Virus record (IMG/VR): IMGVR_UViG_3300034158_000010
Location: 1 to 64,000 of that record
Strand: one strand, 5' to 3'
DNA length: 64,000 nucleotides
Source of the DNA: a virus
Below the pieces are notes generated by a model that saw only the letters and a list, made by a program, of their open reading frames with translations, was not told where the DNA came from and searched no databases. Positions 9,993-18,475 of this stretch are shown piece by piece. The translations under genes and the position numbers were made by a program. Numbering within the stretch: position 1 is the first letter of the stretch; every line of letters begins with the position of its first letter.

Positions 9993-10664
9993 ATGTACGC
10001 AGTTCGTCGTGTAACAAAAACCCGTCATGCAACAGCAAAGGCTATCCTGAAATCCGGTATGATCTTAGTCACTCAAGATCGTGTTCCGGGTAAACAGAAG
10101 GGCGGTGCGTACGCTTTGTTGATGAAGTCGGGTTTGGTATGGTATAGCCATACCTCCAACTTCAATCAGATGCTAGTTCAGACGCGTCATAAAGCGGCAG
10201 GCCCAGAATGCGTTAAGCAAGCATGGGCAGCGGGTGAACGTGTGGACATTTACGTCCTTACTAAACCTGAACAGTTCTGTGGTGTAAGTATCCGTCAACA
10301 ACTGGCTGATGCAGATCTGCTGGCTGCGCGTAAGACGCGGGATATGACTGGACCGGGTCATCTTTATGTAGTGCGCCATGATTGTACCCATGACTACTTC
10401 GTTGTGGAAGATCGTGGCAACACTCCAGAAACTTCGATCCTGAGTTTCTTCCTGTCACGCTTGCAAACCATGTCCAACACAACGTTGAACGTTGCGCTTA
10501 ACAACTTCGTCACTGCACAAGCTGCTGACATCCTGGCTGAACGTAATTTCAGTATCACCCAGGTTGCTAAGTTTGACGATGTTGAAGATGCGTGGCTCAA
10601 GCGTCAGGTCTACATCGATGACTGTCGCTTCGGTAACAACCTCAACTGGAAATCGGTAGATTAA
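9993..10664 (+). CDS. Protein with two degenerate GIY-YIG-like segments
   Basis: GGAYAL...WYSHTSN and GHLYVV...DYFV patterns; family call tentative. Confidence 0.45.
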   Translation: MYAVRRVTKTRHATAKAILKSGMILVTQDRVPGKQKGGAYALLMKSGLVWYSHTSNFNQMLVQTRHKAAGPECVKQAWAAGERVDIYVLTKPEQFCGVSIRQQLADADLLAARKTRDMTGPGHLYVVRHDCTHDYFVVEDRGNTPETSILSFFLSRLQTMSNTTLNVALNNFVTAQAADILAERNFSITQVAKFDDVEDAWLKRQVYIDDCRFGNNLNWKSVD

Positions 10665-10694
10665 TCAACCCAACTCTTCACAAGGAATACCACA

Positions 10695-11345
10695 ATGTCT
10701 TCTACTCAGATTGTAACCTGTCCCAACATGACCCTGATCATCAAACGCCTGACGGATTACACCGTTAAGCATTTGTCGGGGTTGTCGAACATTCCACACC
10801 TGTGCGTTAAAGTGCGTCATCAAAACGGCTTTGCATGGTTCGGGGTTAATGTTGTCGGTATTACCGATACCAGTCCGTGGTCCCGTCAGTTGGAGGAAAC
10901 CATCCTCAAGCTGTTCGTTGATGCAATGCAGAAGATCATCGACCTCGAAGCACTGGAGTCGGAGATCCCTCTGTTGTTGCGTTCCCTGCAAGATATCACT
11001 ACTGGCCGTAAGCGTCCGGTGATGTTCGGGGGTGACTCTAATGAGTTCATCCAGATCTGCTCGGACAACAACGTTCAGATCGAAGCTTACCGTAATGAGG
11101 TTAAGCAGGAATCCACTACCTACGGTGGTTACTTCATGACGGTTAGCGTTCGGGATAAGACCTATCCTGTGATGGTGTATCACCGTGGGATCATCCTCTA
11201 TAACTACATCGAGCGTGAGACCGTACTGGAACTGGTGCGTAACGAACTGTGCGGTAAGTTCCCTGAGGTCTTCCCGTACAACGAATCGACCTTCGACTTC
11301 TCCACCATCATGCAACTGCCCCGTAACCGTAGCAAGCGAGCGTAA
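10695..11345 (+). CDS. Hypothetical protein
   Basis: AAGGA RBS, 216 aa. Confidence 0.8.
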   Translation: MSSTQIVTCPNMTLIIKRLTDYTVKHLSGLSNIPHLCVKVRHQNGFAWFGVNVVGITDTSPWSRQLEETILKLFVDAMQKIIDLEALESEIPLLLRSLQDITTGRKRPVMFGGDSNEFIQICSDNNVQIEAYRNEVKQESTTYGGYFMTVSVRDKTYPVMVYHRGIILYNYIERETVLELVRNELCGKFPEVFPYNESTFDFSTIMQLPRNRSKRA

Positions 11346-11347
11346 AC

Positions 11348-11737
11348 ATGAACTCCCAGAACTTAGTTGTGGACATGATCCGTACTTGGCATAAACATCC
11401 AGATAACGAAGGGTTCATGACTAAGGAACTGGAACCGTTCAATGTGACATTGGTGACCTATCCAGAAGAGTATCCGGGGACTGCTGAGTTTAAAGCAATC
11501 ATCCTCTGGGATGAAACTCAACAGAAGCCTAATGCCGATACAGTTCCTTCTGAACTACAGAAGGTTATCATGGATACGGTAAAGCGTTTCGCTATCGGCG
11601 TGAATGCTCAAATCAATCAGGTTCGTCATGATCGCTTAACCACCTACGTGAAGTTTAAAACTAGTAAGCCCAAGAACGTCGAAGGCTTTGAGTGGTTAGA
11701 ACTTAATCCAGAGGAGTATAAGAATGTTGAGTGTTAA
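11348..11737 (+). CDS. Hypothetical protein
   Basis: Operon packing. Confidence 0.7.
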   Translation: MNSQNLVVDMIRTWHKHPDNEGFMTKELEPFNVTLVTYPEEYPGTAEFKAIILWDETQQKPNADTVPSELQKVIMDTVKRFAIGVNAQINQVRHDRLTTYVKFKTSKPKNVEGFEWLELNPEEYKNVEC

Positions 11738-12014
11738 GAACAAACAGCTTTTGAAGAACGTTGGTTTTAGCATCGGTAACTACGGTGTTGTATTTGCGGT
11801 ATTCTGGCTCCTGTGCGGTGCAGCACTGGGATCGTGGAATGCGGGTTGGCTGGATCTGGTCAGTCTGATGTTGATGGACAAATCCACGTACGACTTCATG
11901 TTACTGAAGTGGTCACTGGGTTTCTGGGGTGCACTGTATATCAGTTGCAATTGGATACTGCTCAACTTTGCAGTCCGCGCGTATAAAAGACAGAAGGCTA
12001 TTAAATGGGAATAA
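11724..12014 (+). CDS. Membrane protein
   Basis: GAGGAG RBS; two TM segments. Confidence 0.7.
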   Translation: MLSVKNKQLLKNVGFSIGNYGVVFAVFWLLCGAALGSWNAGWLDLVSLMLMDKSTYDFMLLKWSLGFWGALYISCNWILLNFAVRAYKRQKAIKWE

Positions 12015-12226
12015 AAGTCAAAGAACGTATATTTGTGAGGTTGCTGTGCATTAGCGTAGTTTGCCTCACGCTACTCTTTGACTATCTCTACATCGACAAG
12101 CTCTTACAGAACTGGCATCTCTACACGAGTGTCCCACATGTAATGAATTTGTTTGTGATAGGGTTAGTTGGTTACGCTACCTTAAACATACTTGTCGCCT
12201 TAGGGGTCAAGTGGTCCTGGATATAA
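12005..12226 (+). CDS. Membrane protein
   Basis: Two TM segments; overlapping start. Confidence 0.65.
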   Translation: MGIKVKERIFVRLLCISVVCLTLLFDYLYIDKLLQNWHLYTSVPHVMNLFVIGLVGYATLNILVALGVKWSWI

Positions 12227-12237
12227 AGGAAAAGCAC

Positions 12238-12582
12238 ATGTCAGCTCCATTGAACATCTATAAGCTGTTTCGTAAAAGTGTTACCAGTCGCCGTTGGGAT
12301 CGAGTTGATGCGTACGTAGCTATCGCAGCTACGCCGGAAGAAGCTCTTTACTCACACGCTGTCCGGTTGGCCGCTTTCGAAAGCATCACTGGGATGGCAT
12401 ATGACGAAGAAGTAAACCAGGAACTGGAAGCTGAGCTTGGTTTGAAGTTGATGCCGCTCACACCGGCAGAAGCAGTACACTATAACCTCGAAGTACCTGA
12501 ATGGGAAGTTACGTGGCTTGGTCAAGCTACTGAAGTCCCACAAGAAATCCAGGTAGTCTGTGTGTCGTACTGTGAACGATAA
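12238..12582 (+). CDS. Hypothetical protein
   Basis: AAGGA RBS before ATG 12238. Confidence 0.7.
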   Translation: MSAPLNIYKLFRKSVTSRRWDRVDAYVAIAATPEEALYSHAVRLAAFESITGMAYDEEVNQELEAELGLKLMPLTPAEAVHYNLEVPEWEVTWLGQATEVPQEIQVVCVSYCER

Positions 12583-12608
12583 AAAGAATACTGTGAATGT
12601 AATTATAT

Positions 12609-13075
12609 AGGAGCAAATGCTCCCGCATGATAAACGAGGTAGCTATTAGAGCAAGTTTATTATGCGACCCTCTTCTGGAACATAGCCACGGCTGTGATCT
12701 AAACGAACAGGGGTTCGCAGGGGCTATCTCTCTAACCAGGGTCCCCGTCACCATAAGCAATAGGTTAGATGCCTTGCTCGAACCCCGCCTAAGCATAACC
12801 TAACTTTCGGTATAAGTGAAGCGCTGCCACAACCGGCACGTCTTGTGAAGAACATAGTGACCATAATACCAATGGTCGAACCGAAGCGCTGTGCCCTTGA
12901 TTGGTACTCATTGGGATGGCGAAGTTATTAACGACATAACGATCGTGGATGCGGTCTTATTAGAAGATAGCGACTGGTGCGTGTGATGCTTCTGGAATAC
13001 TGGAAGCTACAGCTGGCCAGCACACAGGTACCAGATTAAACCCCAAGCCCCCTACCGTCTGGTGGGGGCTTTATT
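12609..13075 (+). ncRNA. Candidate large structured non-coding RNA (~460 nt)
   Basis: ORF-free gap in a densely coded operon; many nested helices with G-U pairs on the + strand; ends at a hairpin terminator. Confidence 0.6.
13046..13075 (+). terminator. Hairpin terminator
   Basis: AGCCCCCTACC-GTCT-GGTGGGGGCT-TTATT. Confidence 0.75.
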
Positions 13076-13094
13076 ACGTCTCAAGGAGTATTGC

Positions 13095-13295
13095 ATGCAA
13101 TTACGCGACGAGTTGTTTAAGCTGTATCAACCGGTGCAACACAACGCTAACCTGTTTGTACGCTGTAGACATCATCCGGTTCAATTGCGAATCGTAGCTA
13201 AAGCACGTTATGGCGTCTTACTCCGTAACGAACCAATTGGCGCGGCCAGTAAGTTTGCTACTGACCTTATCACATACCGCAACTACATTGACTAA
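13095..13295 (+). CDS. Hypothetical protein
   Basis: AAGGAG RBS. Confidence 0.65.
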   Translation: MQLRDELFKLYQPVQHNANLFVRCRHHPVQLRIVAKARYGVLLRNEPIGAASKFATDLITYRNYID

Positions 13296-13305
13296 GGAGT
13301 AACTC

Positions 13306-13605
13306 ATGAAACGTTCTAATAACACCGGTCCATTGCATGCCGCTTACTATCTCATCGAGGCCGATGGTGAGTACAAGACTGCCATTCTGGAATACTTGGA
13401 GAAGCAAGCCGCTGATCCAAAGGCTTGGGGGTCTAACTCCTCCCGGTTTGATCTGGATGATCTGGTGGCGCGCCACCGTATCAATGGTAATCGTCAGCTG
13501 CCGCGTGAATACCCATTCATCATGACAGTTAACATCGACAACGAGTACAACCGTCTGACGGTTCACTTCATTACCGAAAACATGTTTGATCAGGAGCCCG
13601 TATGA
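13306..13605 (+). CDS. Hypothetical protein, paralog family B
   Basis: YPFIMTVNIDNEYNRL. Confidence 0.75.
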   Translation: MKRSNNTGPLHAAYYLIEADGEYKTAILEYLEKQAADPKAWGSNSSRFDLDDLVARHRINGNRQLPREYPFIMTVNIDNEYNRLTVHFITENMFDQEPV

Positions 13606-14015
13606 AAAAGCTACGTGATGGTGTTTACCGCATTGAGCGGATGTTGGAATTGCAAGCTATGGTGGACGAGTACATTCTCCAAGTTGGTGAGGATCGTGAA
13701 GACATCGCTGTAAGTTATGGTCTTATTCCACCTGCCTTTCCTTTCCTCGCCGTGATCGACTTCAGTGATGAGTATTACACGCTCAGTATTGAGTACATCA
13801 CCTTGTGTGATTTCGAAGAGTCCTCGGACGATGCAGTGCATCTGTTCGAATTCGAGATTGAACGCACTGCTCTGGAATCCCCATACACGGTGCGCCGTTC
13901 GACGTATCAAGTCCCCGCGCCGGATATCCTCAAGGCTATCTTGCAACTCGGTCAGACTCATCACCGTGATGAAGTCTACGATCTCAAAATTGTCAAATGG
14001 AATCAAGTACGATGA
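13602..14015 (+). CDS. Hypothetical protein, paralog family B
   Basis: FPFLAVIDFSDEYYTL; ATGA overlap. Confidence 0.75.
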   Translation: MKKLRDGVYRIERMLELQAMVDEYILQVGEDREDIAVSYGLIPPAFPFLAVIDFSDEYYTLSIEYITLCDFEESSDDAVHLFEFEIERTALESPYTVRRSTYQVPAPDILKAILQLGQTHHRDEVYDLKIVKWNQVR

Positions 14016-14512
14016 AAAGACTAGCGCAGTATAACGGCGGCATGCGTTCGGGTATCTACAAGTACCTCATCGAAAATGATGTTGAATTGGAACAGGCCGT
14101 CGAAGAAGCCTGTACCGATATGGGTATGTCCGTTAAGGACCATGGTTACGGTCTTGATGACGTACCTAAAAACTACCCGTACATCGCACTAATTCACCCT
14201 GACAACGAATATAGTCGTATTGACTATGCTTTCGTTGAGATCGCTGACTTCACTGACAACAGTGAAGAAGGTACATTACAGATGTTGTTGAATGCTACGT
14301 ATAACGATACTACCATGGCACCGTGGATCGAACGTATTCGCAACGCTCAACGCCGTGGTGACCTTGAGGTCGATTTCAACGATCTTGACGATGCATCTAA
14401 CCCTAGCAACGAACGCTCGGTTAACGATCATCAGATCGAGTACATTCGTCAAAAAGGTTATACCGTACGGTGGGAGAAATACCCACGGTCTTATATCGTC
14501 TCGGGCTGGTAA
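14012..14512 (+). CDS. Hypothetical protein, paralog family B
   Basis: YPYIALIHPDNEYSRI; ATGA overlap. Confidence 0.75.
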   Translation: MKRLAQYNGGMRSGIYKYLIENDVELEQAVEEACTDMGMSVKDHGYGLDDVPKNYPYIALIHPDNEYSRIDYAFVEIADFTDNSEEGTLQMLLNATYNDTTMAPWIERIRNAQRRGDLEVDFNDLDDASNPSNERSVNDHQIEYIRQKGYTVRWEKYPRSYIVSGW

Positions 14513-14682
14513 TTTAATTTAAGGAGTATGTGCGTGGTAACTTTCAACACCGATCCACTGACCAAAGTAAAGCGGGCTCGTGAACGCCGCCAGAAAGTAG
14601 CACTGTTTAATCTGACCATTGGGTTGGTACTGGGGGCAGGTTTAATGAACCTGTTTATTGAATTGGCTCGGGGAGTAGCCGC

Positions 14683-15141
14683 ATGAGTCCTATCCTTACA
14701 TCGAAACACATGGCTCACGAACCGGTTTATCGTCACTTCCTTGATAAGCTCGATACAGGGCGTTTCTCGTCATTGCACAAAGACGTACAGACCTTGGTCG
14801 ATTTCGTCTTAGACGAGCGCCTAGGCTGTCCTGTGGCTAGTTCCTACAGCGGTATCGGCGCAGACATCACCAATGGCTTCGTTCAGTTCATCGTAGATAA
14901 CCCAGTTCAGTTTCATGACCTGAATATCGCGTTGGTTGAGATCATGGATCGCTTTGAGCAGCGTGAGCGTCCATGCATCAACGTCCGTTCGAAGTCATTG
15001 CCACGGGAGTTTGTAACGCCTCGTGATCAGCAGTTCATCACCATCATGTTCCGTACCCCGAAGTTGCGGGATCGTAAACATGCTGAAGCGTGGTGGGCTA
15101 AGCTGGCTGGGCATGTGCAATCCTATAGTTCACAACGATAG
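14683..15141 (+). CDS. Tyw3-like fold protein, degenerate motif (paralog of 39280..39774)
   Basis: LGCPVASSYSG...GFVQF...PCINVR...AWW aligns with the paralog. Confidence 0.5.
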   Translation: MSPILTSKHMAHEPVYRHFLDKLDTGRFSSLHKDVQTLVDFVLDERLGCPVASSYSGIGADITNGFVQFIVDNPVQFHDLNIALVEIMDRFEQRERPCINVRSKSLPREFVTPRDQQFITIMFRTPKLRDRKHAEAWWAKLAGHVQSYSSQR

Positions 15142-15151
15142 GAGTACGGCT

Positions 15152-15598
15152 ATGATTAGTGCCGTGTTAATTAAAGGTAATCCACGGTTCGTCAAAACCG
15201 ACTTAGCCATGGCTTACTACAATGAGATCGTCGAGTACATGGAAGCACTTGGGGTAAAGGTAACCGAAGATCCGGGCGCTGATTATACCTGTCCACCTCG
15301 AGCAGATTTCTACGTAGCTCACTCACGTGGCTGCGGACGCATGCGTTGTTTTGAAGATGCACCTGATGAAAGAGCGACATTCATTATGTTCGGTGATCCA
15401 GATGGTATCTGCCATCCTAAAGATCGAGCATGGTTTGACGCTGGTGCTAAAGGTATCCCACCTGATGAACACTTTGTATTCACCGATGAGCAGAAGAATG
15501 CAATCAGTGAAATGGTTAAGCGTGCTAAGGCTAGTCAAGTTGTAGTCAAGCCGCCTCTACCACGACAATCTACGTATCGTCGACCTACGGTTCGATAA
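15152..15598 (+). CDS. Minimal alpha/beta-hydrolase-like protein
   Basis: AGGAG RBS; nucleophile elbow YVAHSRG; downstream Asp residues and His (PDEHF). Confidence 0.55.
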   Translation: MISAVLIKGNPRFVKTDLAMAYYNEIVEYMEALGVKVTEDPGADYTCPPRADFYVAHSRGCGRMRCFEDAPDERATFIMFGDPDGICHPKDRAWFDAGAKGIPPDEHFVFTDEQKNAISEMVKRAKASQVVVKPPLPRQSTYRRPTVR

Positions 15599-15601
15599 CG
15601 T

Positions 15602-15646
15602 CATAAAGCCCCTCCGCAAGGAGGGGTAATATGCTGTTTCTTTTTT
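15602..15646. terminator. Bidirectional terminator between convergent genes
   Basis: CATAAA-GCCCCTCC-GCAA-GGAGGGGT...T-run. Confidence 0.8.
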
Positions 15647-16062
15647 TAGATTCTTTGAGCGTAGGTCAACTCGGTTGCTTTAGCCCACAGTTTAGGCCAA
15701 AGGTCCTTACGCTCACAGACTACCATACCACCAGCACGGACTACGTTGACATGTGTATGAAGGGTAGCGTTATCCTGACCTTCTAGTCTCAGGTTCTCTA
15801 TAAGCTCATCACAGCGTTGTTGACCTAAAGGTGTGAGTGTCGGATAGAGACGTTCCCAGAAGTCCTTATAGTAGTCGACAGGGACTGTCCAGCGCCAGCC
15901 ACGGTTACCCCAATCAATACGGAAGTACGGGCGGAAGTTATTGAAACCCTTCCCTACTCGCCACATCTCATTACCCGGTTCATTAACCAGACGCTCACAT
16001 TGATGTTTCGGGAATACCTTACTGATCAACCACCAGACGAAACGTTTGAATACTTTAAGCAT
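15646..16062 (-). CDS. Hypothetical protein
   Basis: GAGGT RBS. Confidence 0.7.
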   Translation of the reverse strand: MLKVFKRFVWWLISKVFPKHQCERLVNEPGNEMWRVGKGFNNFRPYFRIDWGNRGWRWTVPVDYYKDFWERLYPTLTPLGQQRCDELIENLRLEGQDNATLHTHVNVVRAGGMVVCERKDLWPKLWAKATELTYAQRI

Positions 16063-16070
16063 GTGTCACC

Positions 16071-16958
16071 TCATTTTAGGAATGTACCGCAGGATGCCTG
16101 AACATCAGTACCTACGCGTGGGATTACTTTCACTTTACCGCTGATGTAATGTTGGATGTACCCGGCCAACATATCAATGTGTCGCTCAGGTGGTTCTTTA
16201 GAACTATGTCCAACCGGTGGGTTATACCGGACGATGTTCCAGTCTGGATGTAGATCGTAAGCATGTAGCAATCGGATCACAGCCAGTACGTCAACTAACG
16301 TATCGTTCTCACCCTCAATGAAGGCGTAGTGGATCTTAGAACGTTTACCCGTGGCGTTATACCACCGAAGGAGTTCACCGCAGCCTTTAGCAACTATCTG
16401 TGCTTTAGGTAACCAACGACGACGGAACTCTCGATCCGTTGAGTAGATCGAGTAATAGATGTCAGGGTATACGGTTGAGTCTTTGAAGATGTCAGTCAGT
16501 TCCAGTTCACCCATCTCTTTAGGGAAGATAGTTGAGATCTTAAACTTAACGTCTAACCCGCGTTCATCAGCCATGGCCTTTAGGCCACGTAGGATCTCAT
16601 CAGCATTAGCCAGGAAGATCTTATTAGCGAGTGGTTCGCCACGGGCCATGAAATTGAAGTGCACCATCTTAGCTGGGGCCTGCGTATCGTAATAAGCAAA
16701 GACTTCCCGAGCTTGTTCGAAGTATTCTTCAATAGTTGTGTCACGCAGATCAGTCTGTCCGGTTGCAGTCAACCAACACATCCTACAAGCCTGCTTACAG
16801 CCTGTCTGAGAGCTTAAGTAGTTAATGAAGTACTCTTCAGTACGTCTGACGTAACGCGCCTCTAATCGCCCTGTGTGGTCGTCAAAGCTACGTTCAAAGT
16901 TTACAGATTGGTCCAGTTGTGAATGGTGTGCAATGTACTCAGTCATGTTTAACGTCAC
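16071..16958 (-). CDS. RlmN/Cfr-family radical SAM protein
   Basis: SSQTGCKQACRMC (CxxxCxxC), FMARGEPL (cf. MGMGEP), END, C-terminal DVQASCG (cf. DIDAACG). Confidence 0.85.
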   Translation of the reverse strand: MTLNMTEYIAHHSQLDQSVNFERSFDDHTGRLEARYVRRTEEYFINYLSSQTGCKQACRMCWLTATGQTDLRDTTIEEYFEQAREVFAYYDTQAPAKMVHFNFMARGEPLANKIFLANADEILRGLKAMADERGLDVKFKISTIFPKEMGELELTDIFKDSTVYPDIYYSIYSTDREFRRRWLPKAQIVAKGCGELLRWYNATGKRSKIHYAFIEGENDTLVDVLAVIRLLHAYDLHPDWNIVRYNPPVGHSSKEPPERHIDMLAGYIQHYISGKVKVIPRVGTDVQASCGTFLK

Positions 16959-17208
16959 CCTTGGTAATGGTTAGCGTGTATTCAAGCGGTTGGTATTCAC
17001 GGATAGTGATTTCGATCTCATCTCGACCTTTACAGTTGTAATCGATAACGGGCTTCCATGGGGCGAACCAGTTATCAGAAACCATATTATCCAAGGCTCT
17101 TACCAGATGATAGCCACGGTCAGCTACAACACACTTAGCAAACACTTTACTGGTGTAGTAGTCTACGTGGCGGTTGATCTCATTCTTAACGTCAGTTACC
17201 GACCGCAT
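16939..17208 (-). CDS. Hypothetical protein
   Basis: Coupled to neighbours. Confidence 0.7.
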   Translation of the reverse strand: MRSVTDVKNEINRHVDYYTSKVFAKCVVADRGYHLVRALDNMVSDNWFAPWKPVIDYNCKGRDEIEITIREYQPLEYTLTITKGDVKHD

Positions 17209-17732
17209 TATTTCACCAGAATCACAAAGGTGTCATCGTGAAAGGTTTCAGCGACCCATTCGTTGAATCGTACTCTACCGCCAGGTCTCCCCAAAACGTA
17301 CTGATGGGCGGAATCATCCAGGATTACATAACGGACGTTTTCGATCATGTCGTTGTGCAATGTTTCGTCATCATCGTCATGCTCGTAACTGAACGTTACC
17401 TCATTGAGCATACGAGCTGAGGCACGATAGTAATCAGTCATATCGCTGTTAGGGAACTGGGTAAGGTAATTCTCTAACCCACTGTCGCGCATCTTTCGAT
17501 CTTTACTGATTACCAGACATTTACCACGGTGTTCACTGACCCACTGATGGATACCACGGGTTGCACCACATTGACGACCTACTGTAAATCCGATGGTCTT
17601 ATAATCGGCCACTGCCCAGGCGCCGGTACTGGAGTTCTGTTTACCCCAGCGTTCCCAAGCTGACCGACTGACCGTTTCAAGTGCACGGAGGATTGAAGCG
17701 TATTCAACGTATTGACTAATATAGCTACTCAT
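17208..17732 (-). CDS. Small degenerate P-loop (terminase ATPase-like) protein
   Basis: VGRQCGAT (RQxGKT with K to A) and Walker B-like YVILDD. Confidence 0.5.
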   Translation of the reverse strand: MSSYISQYVEYASILRALETVSRSAWERWGKQNSSTGAWAVADYKTIGFTVGRQCGATRGIHQWVSEHRGKCLVISKDRKMRDSGLENYLTQFPNSDMTDYYRASARMLNEVTFSYEHDDDDETLHNDMIENVRYVILDDSAHQYVLGRPGGRVRFNEWVAETFHDDTFVILVK

Positions 17733-17826
17733 TCTAGTTACTCACATATGGGTGTTTCGTTCTGGGTAGCGATATGCTAACCTACATCATCAGACTATCC
17801 AGTATTATTAGAAGTTGTTTAGAGCC

Positions 17827-17834
17827 TATATTAC
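17827..17834 (+). promoter_or_regulatory. phiKZ-type early promoter TATATTAC
   Basis: TTAGAAGTTGTTTAGAGCC-TATATTAC-AACTGTGTAT, intergenic, upstream of an RBS. Confidence 0.8.
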
Positions 17835-17873
17835 AACTGTGTATTAACCCAAACCTACCTAAAGGAATTAATC

Positions 17874-18422
17874 ATGCTTAACCGTAAACTGAGTGACCTC
17901 ACTGTTGGTGAACTGTGTGGCATCGTCATCACCGCAGTCGTGGCTACCTTCGGAATCGTGTGCCTCATCATGGCAGCAAGCATCATGATGTCCCGCCCGG
18001 CTTATGCCGCTGTGACACCGCAGTACAACTACCAAGTGGATCTTAAAGGTCCTAAGGATACCATGCAGGTAACTAACAACATCTGCATCGTCGTTGGACA
18101 AGCTTCTAGCCTTATCCAGAAGATGTTCAACTCTGAGCTATCCAATAATGAGATTGCACTTAAGTTGACCGAAGCGGCAATGAAAGATCTTACTGATCGT
18201 GATGGTTGGGCGGCTTACAACATGGTGGGTTCTGTTAGCGTGATCGATAAGATGCGTGAATGGAAACGTGATGACGAGTTCGTCAAAATGCGTATCGACT
18301 ACCCAGACTACACCATGGGCGAGTACTACAACGTTTATGCACGGGCTACCTGTGAGACTGCACTTGGTACTGATATAAAAGTCATCCGTGTGGTACGTGT
18401 TCGTAAAGGTATTCAATCGTAA
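17874..18422 (+). CDS. Exported or membrane-anchored early protein
   Basis: AAGGA RBS; hydrophobic N-terminus ending in AYA; Cys pair. Confidence 0.8.
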   Translation: MLNRKLSDLTVGELCGIVITAVVATFGIVCLIMAASIMMSRPAYAAVTPQYNYQVDLKGPKDTMQVTNNICIVVGQASSLIQKMFNSELSNNEIALKLTEAAMKDLTDRDGWAAYNMVGSVSVIDKMREWKRDDEFVKMRIDYPDYTMGEYYNVYARATCETALGTDIKVIRVVRVRKGIQS

Positions 18423-18426
18423 CGGT

Positions 18427-18472
18427 CATAAGCCCCTCCCATAATGGGAGGGGCATTGTGTCTTATTTTTTT
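18427..18472. terminator. Bidirectional terminator
   Basis: GCCCCTCCC-ATAAT-GGGAGGGGC between convergent genes. Confidence 0.8.
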
Positions 18473-18475
18473 GCT

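Noticed and set aside
12527-12796. 89 aa minus-strand ORF overlapping the ncRNA candidate
   Set aside because: No RBS, antisense to the operon and overlaps the end of 12238..12582
12609-13075. ncRNA candidate as tmRNA, RNase P RNA or group I/II intron
   Set aside because: No CCA end or T-loop, no GAGGAAAGUCC, no P7 or domain V motifs, and the flanking genes are not interrupted
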